NCBI RefSeq assembly: GCF_009914755.1 | Contig: NC_060933.1 | Source: the human T2T-CHM13v2.0 reference genome, Homo sapiens | Direction: 5' to 3' (one strand) | DNA: 64,000 bases | Part shown: in pieces, positions 11,901 to 23,500 of the stretch | How positions within the stretch are numbered: position 1 is the stretch's first letter | Layout of the letters: each line of letters opens with the position of its first letter | Program-made: the position numbers and the translations under genes | The notes under the pieces: generated by a model | Told to the model about the DNA's origin: nothing | Seen by the model: the letters and a program-made list of their open reading frames with translations, nothing else | Databases searched by the model: none

Positions 11901-14900
11901 GGAATGCAATGGAATGGAATGCAATGCAATGGAATGGGATCAACCCGAGTGTAATGGAATGGAATCGAAAGGAATGGAATGGAATGGAATGGTTTCAACC
12001 CGAATGGAATGGAAAGGAATGGAATCATCCCGAGTGGAATGGAATGGAATGGAATGGAATGGAATGGAATGGAATGGAATGGAATGAACCCGTGTGCAAT
12101 GGAATGGAATCGAATGGAATGGAATGGAATGGAATGGATTCAAGTCGAATGGAATGGAAAGGAATGGAATCAACCCGAGTGGAATGGCATGGAATGGAAT
12201 GGAATGAAATGGAATGGAATGGAATGGTACGGAATAGAACGGAATGAAACGAAATGGAATGGAATGGAATGGAATGGAAAGGAATGGAATGGAATCAACC
12301 CGAGTGCAGGGGAATGGAATGGAATGGAAGGCAATGGAATGCAATCATCCGGAATTGAATGGAATGGAATGGAATGGAATGGAATCAACTCGATTGCAAT
12401 GGAATGAAATGGAATGGAATGGAATGGAATTAACCCTAATAGAATGGAATGGAATGGAATGGAAGGGAATGGAATGGAATGGAATGGAATGGAATGAAAT
12501 GGAATCAACTCGATTTCAATGGAATGGAATGGAATGCAATGGAATGGAATGGAATGGAATGGAATGAAATTAACCCGAATAGAATGGAATGGAATGGAAT
12601 GGAATGGAATGGAATGGAATGGAATGGAATAGAGTGGAATGGAATGGAATGGAATAGAATGGAATCCACCCGAGTGCAGGGGAATGGAATGGAATGGAAT
12701 GCAATGGAATGGAATCATACGGAATGGAATGGAATGGAATGGAATGGAATCAACCTGATTGCAATGGAATGGAGTGGAATGGAATGGAATGGAATGGAAA
12801 CAACCCGAATGGAATGGAATGGAATGGAGTGTAAGGGAAGTGAATAGAATCAATACGAATGTGATGGAATGGAATGGAACGGAATGGAATGCAATGGAAT
12901 GGAAAGGAATCCAATGGAATGGGTTCAACCCGAGTGCAATGGAATGGAATCGAAAGTAATGGAATGGAATGGAATGGAATGGATTCAACACGAATGGAAT
13001 GGAAAGGAATGGAATCAACCCGAGTGCAGGGGAATGTAATGGAACGGAATGCAATGGAAAGGAATCATCCGGAATGGAATGGAATGGAATGGAATGGAAT
13101 CAACCCGAGTGCAATGGAATGGAGTGGAATGGAATGGAATGGAATGGATCAACCCGAATGGAATGGAATGTAATGTAGAGTAAGGGAGTTGAAAAGAATC
13201 AATCCGAATGTAATGGAATGGAATGGAACGGAATGGAATGGAATGGAATGGAATGGAATGCAATGGAATGGAATCAACCCGAGTACAATGGAATGGAATG
13301 GAATGGAATGGAATGGAACGGAATGGAATGGAATGGAATGCAATGGAATGGAATCTTCCGGAATGGAAAGGAATGGAATGGAATGGAATGGAATGGAATG
13401 CAATGGATTCAACTCGATTCCAATGGAATGGAATAGAATGGAATGGAATGGAATGGAATGGAATTAAACCGAATAGAATGGAACGGAATGGAATGGAACG
13501 GAACGGAATGGAACTGAACGGAACGGAACGGAGTGGAATGGAATGGAATGGAATTGTATGGAATGGAATGGAATGGTACGGAATAGAATGGAATGGAATG
13601 AATTGGAATGGAATGGAATCGAATGGAATGGAATGGAATGGAATGGAATCAACCCGAGTGCAGGGGAATGTAATGGAACGGAATGCAATGGAATGGAATC
13701 ATCCGGAATGGAATGGAATGGAATGGAATGGAATGGAATCAACCCGAGTGCAATGGAATGGAGTGGAATGGAATGGAATGGAATGGAATAGAATCAACTC
13801 GATTGGAATGGAATGGAATGGAATGGAATTAACCCGAATACAATGCAATGGAATGGAATGGAACGGAATGGAGTGGAATGGAATGGAATGAACCCGAGTG
13901 CAGGGGAATGGAATGGAATGGAATGCAATGGAAAGGAATCATCCGGAATGGAATGGAATGGAATGGAATGCAAAGCAATGGAATCAACTCGATTGCAATG
14001 GAATGGAATGGAATGGAAAGGAATACATTGGAATCAACCCGAGTGGAAAGGAATGGAAAGGACTGAAATGGAGTGGAATGGAATGGAATGGAATGGAATG
14101 GAATGGAAAGGAATCAACTTGATTGGAATGAAATGGAATGGAATGGAATGGAATCAACGCGAGTGCAGGGGAATGGAATGGAATGGAATGCAATGGAATG
14201 GAATCTTCCGGAATGGAATGGAATTGAATGGAATGGAATGGAATGGAATGGAATAAACCTGAGGGCAATGGAATGGAGTGGAATGGAATGGAATGGAATG
14301 GAACAACCCGAATGGAATGGAATGTAATGGAGACTAAGGGAGTTGAATAGAATCAATCCGAATGTAATGGAATGGAATGGAACGGAATGGAATTGAATGG
14401 AATGGAATGGGATGCAATGGAATGGAATCAACCCGAGTGCAATCGAATGGAATCGAATAGAATGGAATGCAATGGAATGGATTCAACTTGAATGGAATGG
14501 AAAGAATGGAATCAACACGAGTGGAAGGGCATGGATTGGAATGCAATGGAATGGAATCAACCCGAGTACAGGGGAATGGAATGGAATGGAATGCAATGGA
14601 ATGGAATCATCCGTAATGGAATGGAAAGGAATGGAATGGAATGGAATGGAATGGAATGGAATGGAATGGAATGGAATCAACACGATTGCAATCGAATGGA
14701 ATGGAATGGAATTAACCCGAATAGAATGGAATGGAATGGAATGGAACGGAACGGAATGGAATGGAATGGAATGGAATGGAATGGAACGGAACGGAACGGA
14801 ACGGAACGGAATGGAATGGAATGGAATGGAATGGAATGGAATCGAATCAACGCGAGTGCAGGGGAATGGAATGGAATGGAATGCAATGGAATGGAATCTT

Positions 14901-17099
14901 CCGGAATGGAATGGAATGGAATGGAATGGAATGGAATGGAATTAACCCGAATAGAATGGAATGGAATGGAATGGAACGGAATGGAACGGAATGGAAAGGA
15001 ATGGAATGGAATGGTATGGAATGGAATGGAATGGTACGGAATAGAATGGAATGGAACGAATTGTAATGGAATGGAATTGAATGGAATGGAATGGAATGGA
15101 ATGGAATCAACGCGAGTGCAGGGGAATGTAATGGAACGGAATGCAATGGAATGGAATCATCCGGAATGGAATGGAATGGAATGGAATGGAATGGAATCAA
15201 CCCGAGTGCAATGGAATGGAGTGGAATGGAATGGAATGGAATTGAACAACCCGAATGGAATGGAATGTAATGGAGAGTAAGGGAGTTGAATAGAATCAAT
15301 CCGAAAGTAATGGAATGGAATGCAACGGAATGGAATGGAATGGAATGGAATGGAATGCAATGGAATTGAATCAACCCGAGTACAATGGAATGGAATGGAA
15401 TGGAATGGAAAGGAATGGAATGGAATGGAATGGAATCGTTCCGAGTGGAATAGGAGGGAATGTATTCGAGTGGAATGGAAAGGAAAGGTATCAACCAGAG
15501 TGGAATGGAAGGGAATGGAATGGAATGGAAACTAATAGAATGGAATCAACCCAAGTGGAATGGAATGGAAAGGATTGGAATGGAATGGAATGGAATGGAA
15601 TCAACTCGATTGTAATGGAATGGAATGGAATGGAATGCAATGGAACGGAATTAACCCGAATACAATGGAATGGAATGGAATGGAATGGAATGGAGTGGAA
15701 TGGAATGGAATCAACCCGAGTGCAGGAGAATGGAATGGAATGGAATGCAATGGAATGGAATCATCCGGAATGGAATGGAAAGGAATGGAATGCAAAGCAA
15801 TGGAATCAACTCGATTGCAATGGAATGAAATGGAATGGAAAGGAATACATTGGAATCAACCCGAGTGGAATGGAATGGAAAGGACTGGAATGGAGTGGAA
15901 TGGAATGGAATGGAATGGAATGGAATCAACTCGATTGGAATGGAATGGAATGGAATGGAATGGAATTAACCCGAATAGAATGGAATGGAATGGAATGGAA
16001 CGGAACGGAATGGAATGGAATGGAATGTAATGGAATGGAATGGAATAAACCCGAGTGCAATGGAATGGAGTGGAATGGAATGGAATGGAATGGAACAACC
16101 CGAATGGAATGGAATGTAATGGAGAGTAAGGGAGTTGAATAGAATCAATCCGAATGTAATGGAATGGAATGGAACGGAATGGAATTGAATGGAATGGAAT
16201 GGAATGGAATCAACCCGAGTGCAATGGAATGGAGAGGAATGGAATGGAATGGAATGGAAACTACCCGAATGGAATGGAATGTAATGGAGTGTAACGGAAT
16301 TGAATAGAATCAATCCGAATGTAATGGAATGGAATGGAACGGAATGGAATGGAATGGAATGGAATGGAATGGAATCGAATGGAATGGAATGCAATGGAAT
16401 GGAATCAACCCGAGTGCAATCGAATGGAATCGAATGGAATGGAATGCAATGGAATGGATTCAACTTGAATGGAATGGAAAGAATGGAATCAACACGAGTG
16501 GAATGCCATGGATTGGAATGGAATGGAATGGAATCAACCCGAGTACAGGGGAATGGAATGGAATGGAATGCAATGGAATGGAATCATCCGTAATGGAATG
16601 GAAAGGAATGGAATGGAATGGAATGGAATGGAATGGAATGGAATGGAATCAACTCGATTGCAATCGAATGGAATGGAATGGAATTAACCCGAATAGAATG
16701 GAATGGAATGGAATGGAACGGAACGGAATGGAACGTAACGGAACGGAACGGAACGGAGTGGAATGAGTGGAATGGAATGGAATGGAATTGTATGGAATGG
16801 AATGGCATGGTACGGAATAGAATGGAATGGAAAGAATTGGAATGGAATGGAATCGAATGGAATGGAATGGAATGGAATGGAATCAACCCGAGTGCAATGG
16901 AATGGAGTGGAATGGAATGGAATGGAATGGAACAACCCGAATGGAATGGAATGTAATGGAGAGTAAGGGAGTTAAATAGAATCAATCCGAATGTAATGGA
17001 ATGAAACGGAATGGAATGGAATGGAATGGAATGGAATGGAATGGAATGGAATGGAATGCAATGGAATGGAATCAACCCGAGTACAATGGAACGGAATGG
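8892..17099 (+). repeat. HSat3 inverted block (~8.2 kb), GGAAT on +
   Basis: GGAAT pentamers from ggaatggaa (8892) to ggaacggaatgg (17099). Confidence 0.95.
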
Positions 17100-17596
17100 G
17101 TTTATTCCATTCCATTCCATTCCATTCCGGATGATTCCATTCCATTGCATTCCATTCCATTCCATTCCCCTGCACTCGTGTTGATTCCATTCCCTTCCAT
17201 TCCATTCCATTCAGTTCCATTCCATTCTATTCCGGTTAACTCCATTCCATTTCATTCCATTCCATTCCATTGCAATCGAGTTGATTGCATTCCATTCCTT
17301 TCCATTCCATTCCATTGCCTTGCATTCCACTCGGGTTGATTCCATTCCCTTCTTTCCACTCCATTACATTCCCTTCCATGATTGATTCCATTCCATTCCA
17401 TTCCAGTTCATTCCATTGCAATCCATTCCAATCCATTCCATTCCATTCCATTCCACTCGAGTTGAGTTCATTCCATTCATTTCCATTCCATTCCATTCCT
17501 TTCCACTCGAGTTGATTCCATTCCATTCCAATCCATTGCATTCCATTCCATGCCATTCCACTCGGGTTGATTAATTTCCTTTGCATTCCATTCCAT
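15829..17596 (-). repeat. Right arm of near-identical inverted repeat (partner 1-1763)
   Basis: Reverse complement of 1-1763, including rare motifs (gaaattaatcaa, gaaagaaggg, aacgtaacg, ggaatgccatgg, aggaatacattgg). Confidence 0.92.
17088..17118. other. Inversion junction J1' (GGAAT->CATTC), reverse-complement copy of J1
   Basis: ggaacggaatgg-gtttatt-ccattccattcc; coordinates mirror J1 (position sum 17597). Confidence 0.92.
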
Positions 17597-20500
17597 TCCA
17601 TTCCATTCCATTCCATTCCATTCCATTCTGTTGCATTCCATTCCATTACATTCGGATTGATTCTATTCAACTCCCTTACTCTCCATTACATTCCATTCCA
17701 TTCGGATTGTTCCATTCCATTCCATTCCATTCCAGTCCATTCCATTGCACTCGGGTTGATTCCATTCCATTCCATTCCATTCCATTCCATTCCATTCCGG
17801 ATGATTCCATTCCATTGCATTCCGTTCCATTACATTCCCCTGCACTCGCGTTGATTCCATTCCATTCCATTCCTTTCCATTCAATTCCATTCCATTACAA
17901 TTCGTTCCATTCCATTGTATTCCGTACCATTCCATTCCATTCCATACCATTCCATTCCATTCCATTCCATTCCATTCCATTCCATTCCGTTCCATTCCGT
18001 TGCATTCCATTCAATTCCATTCTATTCGGGTTAATCCCATTCCATTCCATTCCATTCCATTCTATTCCATTCCATTGCAACGGAGTTGAATCCATTGCAT
18101 TTCATTCCATTCCATTCCATTCCATTCCGGAAGATTCCATTCCATTGCATTCCATTCCATGCCATTCCCCTGCACTCGCGTTGATTCCATTCCATTCCAT
18201 TCCATTCCATTCCATTCCATTCAATTCCGTTCCGTTCCGTTCCATTCCATTCCATTCCATTCCATTCCATTCCGTTCCGTTCCATTCCATTCCATTCCAT
18301 TCTATTCGGGTTAATTCCACTCCATTCCATTCGATTGCAATCGTGTTGATTCCATTCCATTCCATTCCATTCCATTCCATTCCATTCCATTCCATTCCTT
18401 TCCATTCCATTACGGATGATTCCATTCCATTGCATTCCATTCCATTCCATTCCCCTGTAATCGGGTTGATTCCATTCCTTTGCATTCCAATCCATGCCCT
18501 TCCACTCGTGTTGATTCCATTCTTTCCATTCCATTCAAGTTGAATCTATTCCATTGCATTCCATTCCATTCGATTCCATTCGATTGCACTCGGGTTGATT
18601 CCATTCCATTGCATTCCATTCCATTCCATTCCATTCCATTCCATTCCATTCCGTTCCATTCCATTCCATTACATTCGGATTGATTCTATTCAATTCCCTT
18701 ACACTCCATTACATTCCATTCCATTCGGGTAGTTTCCATTCCATTCCATTCCATTCCTCTTCATTCCATTGCACTCGGGTTGATTCCATTCCATTGCATT
18801 CCATTCCATTCCATTCCGTTCCATTCCATTCCATTACATTCGGATTGACTCTATTCAACTCCCTTACTCTCCATTACATTCCATTGCATTCGGCTTGTTC
18901 CATTCCATTCCATTCCATTCCACTCCATTCCATTGCACTCAGGTTTATTCCGTTTCATTCCATTCCATTCCATTCCATTCCGGAAGATTCCATTCCATTG
19001 CATTCCATTCCATTCCATTCCCCTGCACTCGCGTTGATTCCATTCCATTCCATTCCATTCCATTCCATTCCATTCCATTCCGATCCGTTCCGTTCCATTC
19101 CATTCCATTCCATTCTATTCGGGTTAATTCCATTCCATTCCATTCGATTGCAATCGAGTTGATTTCATTCCATTCCATTCCATTCCATTCCATTCCTTTT
19201 CATTCAATTACGGATGATTCCATTCCATTGCATTCCATTCCATTCCATTCCCCTGTACTCGGGTTGATTCCATTCCATTCCATTCCATACCATTCCATTC
19301 CAATCCATTCCATTCCATTCCATTCCATTCCGTTCCATTCCATTCCATTCCATTCCATTCCATTCTATTCGGGTTAATCCCATTCCATTCCATTCCATTC
19401 CATTCTATTCCATTCCATTGCAATCGAGTTGCATCCATTGCATTTCATTTCATTCCATTCCATTCCATTCCATTCCGGAAGATTCCATTCCATTGCATTC
19501 CATTCCATTCCATTCCCCTGCAGTCAGGTTGATTCCATTCCATTCCATTCCATTCCATTCCATTCCATTCCATTCCGTTCCGTTCCGTTCCGTTCCATTC
19601 CATTCCATTCCATTCTATTCGGATTAATTCCATTCCATTCCATTCCATTCCATTCCATTCCATTCCATTCCAATCGAGTTGATTCCATTCCATTCCATTC
19701 CATTCCATTCCATTCCTTTCCATTACATTACGGATGACTCCATTCCATTTCATTCCATTCCATTCCATTACCCTGTACTCGGGTTGATTACATTCCATTC
19801 CATTCCAATCCATGCCATTCCAGTCGTGTTGATTCCATTCTTTCCATTCCATTCAAGTTGAATCCATTCCATTGCATTCCATTCCATTCGATTCCATTTG
19901 ATTGCACTCGGGTTGATTCCATGGCATTGCATTCCATTCCATTCCATTCCATTCCATTCCATTCCTTTCCATTCCATTCCATTCGGATTCATTCTATTCA
20001 ATTCCCTTACACTCCATTACATTCCATTCGATTCGTGTAGTTTCCATTCCATTCCATTCCATTCCTCTCCATTCCATTGCACTCGGGTTGATTCCATTCC
20101 ATTCCATTCCATTCCATTCCATTTCATTCCATTCCATTCCATTCCATTCCATCCCGGATGATTCCATTCCATTGAATTCCATTCCATTCCATTCCCCTGC
20201 ACTTGGGTTGATTCCATTCCATTCCATTCCATTCCTTTCTGTTCCATTCCATTCCATTCCATTCCATTCTATTCGTGTTAATTCCATTCCATTCTATTCC
20301 ATTCCATTCCATTGAAATCGAGTTGATTCCATTCCATTCCATTCCATTCCATTCCATTCCGGATGATTCCATTCCATTGCATTCCATTCCATTGCATTCC
20401 CCTGCACTCGGGTTGATTCCATTCCATTCCATTCCATTACATTCCATTCCATTCCGTTCCATTTCATTCTATTCGGGTTAATTCCATTCCATTCCATTCC

Positions 20501-23500
20501 ACTCCATTCCAGTCCTTTCCATTCCATTCCACTCGGGTTGATTCCATTCTATTCCTTTCAATTCCATTCCATTCCATTGCAATCGAGTTGATTCCATTCG
20601 AGTTGAATCCATTCCATTCCATTCCATTCCATTCCATTCCATTGCACACGGGTTCATTCCATTCCATTCCATTCCATTCCATTCCATTCCATTCCATTCC
20701 ATTTCATTCCATTCCATTATATTCCATACCATTCCATTCCATCCCATTCCATTCCGTTCCATTCCATGCCATTACACTCGGGTTGATTCCATTCCTTTCC
20801 ATTCCATTCTTGTTGAATCCATTCCATTCCATTCCATTCCATTCGAATCCATTCCATTGCACTCGGGGTGATTCCATTCCATTCCATTCCATTCCATTTC
20901 ATTCTATTCCATTCCATTACATTCGGATTGATTCTATTCAATTCCCTTACACTCCATTCCATTCCATTCCATTCGGGATGTTTCCATTGCATTCCATTCC
21001 ATTCCACTCCATTCCATTGCATCAGGTTGATTGCATTCCATTCCATTCCATTCCATTCCGGATGATTCCATTCCATTGCATTCCATTCCATTCCATTCCC
21101 CTGCACTCGGGTTGATTCCATTCCATTCCATTCCATTCCATTCCATTCCATTCCATTCCGTTCCAATCCATTCCATTCCATTCTATTCCGGTTAATTCCA
21201 TTCCATTCCATTCGATTCCATTCCATTCCATTCCATTCCCCTGCACTCGCGTTGATTCCATTCTATTCCATTCTATTCCATTCCATTCCCTTCCTTTCCT
21301 TTCCATTCCATTCCATTCCATTCCATTCCATTCCGTTCCGTTCCATTCCATTCCATTCCATTCTATTCGGGTTAATTCCATTCAATTCCATTCGATTGCA
21401 ACCAATTTTTTCCATTCCATTCCATTCCATTCCATTCCATTCCTTTCCATTCCATTACGGATGATTCCATTCCATTGCATTACATTCCAATCCATTCCCC
21501 TGTACTCGGGTTGATTCCATTCCATTCCATTCCAATCCATGCCCTTCAACTCTTGTTGATTCCATTCTTTCCATTCCATTCTAGTTGAATCCATTCCATT
21601 GCATTCCATTGCATTCCATTCCATTCGATTGCACTCGGGTTGATTCCATTCCATTGCATTCCATTCCATTCCATTCCATTCCATTCCATTCCATTCCATT
21701 CCGTTCCATTCCATTCCATTACATTCGGATTGATTCTATTCAACTCCCTTACTCTCCATTATATTCGATTCCATTCGGGTTGTTCCATTCCATTCCATTC
21801 CATTCCACTCCATTCCATTGCAGTCGGGTTGATTCCATTCCATTCCATTCCATTCCGGAAGATTCCATTACATTGCATTCCATTACATTCCATTCCCCTG
21901 CACTCGCGTTGATTCCATTCCTTTCCATTCCATTCCATTCCATTCCATTCCATTCCGTTTCGATCCATTCCATTCCATTCCATTCTATTCGGGTTAATTC
22001 CATTCCATTCCATTCGATTGCAATCGTGTTGATTCCATTCCATTCCATTCCATTCCATTCCATTCCTTTCCATTCCATTACGGATGATTCCATTCCATTG
22101 CATTCCATTCCATTCCATTCCCCTGTACTCGGGTTGATTCCATTCCATTGCATTCCAATCCATGCCCTTCCACTCGTGTTGATTCCATTCACTCCATTCC
22201 ATTCAAGTTGAATCCATTCCATTGCATTCCATTCCATTTGATTCCATTCGATTGCACTCGGGTTGATTCCATTCCATTGCATTCCATTCCATTCCATTCC
22301 ATTCCATTCCATTCCATTCCATTCCGTTCCATTCCATTCCTTTACATTCGGATTGATTCTATTCAATTCCCTTACACTCCATTACATTCCATTCCATTCG
22401 GGTAGGTTCCATTCCATTCCATTCAATTCCTCTCCATTCCATTGCACTCGGGTTGATTCCATTCCATTGCATTCCATTCCATTACATTCAATTACATTCC
22501 GTTCCATTCCATTCCATTACATTCGGATTGATTCTATTCAACTCCCTTACTCTCCATTACATTCCATTCCATTCGGGTTGTTCCATTCCATTCCATTCCA
22601 TTCCACTCCATTTCATTGCACTCGGGTTTATTCCATTCCATTCCATTCCATTCCATTCCATTCCATTCCATTCCATTCCGGAAGATTCCATTCCATTGCA
22701 TTCCATTCCATTCCATTCCCCTGCACTCGCGTTGATTCCATTCCATTCCATTCCATTCCATTCCATTCCATTCCATTCCTTTCCGTTCCATTCCATTCCA
22801 TTCCATTCCATTCCATTCCGTTCCGTTCCGTTCCGTTCCGTTCCATTCCATTCCACTCCATTCTATTCGGGTTAATTCCATTCCATTCCATTCGATTGCA
22901 ATCGAGTTGATTCCATTCCATTCCATTCCATTCCATTCTATTCCATTCCATTCCATTCCTTTCCATTCCATTACGGATGATTCGATTCCATTGCATTCCA
23001 TTCCATTCCATTCCCCTGTACTCGGGTTGATTCCATTCCATTCCATTCCATTCCATTCTATTCCATTCCATTCCGTTCCATTCCGGAAGTTTCCATTCCA
23101 TTGCATTCCATTCCATTCCATTCCCCTGCACTCGCGTTGATTCCATTCCATTCCATTCCATTCCATTCCATTCCATTCCATTCCGATCCGTTCCATTCCA
23201 TTCCATTCCTTTCCATTCCGTTCCGTTCCATTCCATTCCATTCCATTCCATTCTATTCGGGTTAATTCCATTCCATTCCACTCGATTGCAATCGAGTTGA
23301 TTCCATTCCATTCCATTCCATTTCATTGCATTCCATTCCTTTCCATTCCATTCCTTTCCATTCCATTACGGATGATTCTATTCCATTGCATTCCATTCCA
23401 TTCCATTCCCCTGTACTCGGGTTCATTCCATTCCATTCCATTCCAATCCATGCCATTCCACTCGTGTTGATTCCATTCTTTCCATTCCATTCAAGTTGAA

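Noticed and set aside
8892-17099. Canonical G-quadruplex or telomeric repeat in the G-rich block
   Set aside because: Mostly GG dinucleotides with isolated GGG/GGGG; no clustered four G3 tracts and no TTAGGG arrays.
1-17596. A single 17.6-kb perfect palindrome, or a TIR-bounded transposon, centred near J2
   Set aside because: The mirror axis (~8798) is close to J2, but arm identity stops at 1763/15829 and the interior is not colinear. There is no transposase or target-site duplication.
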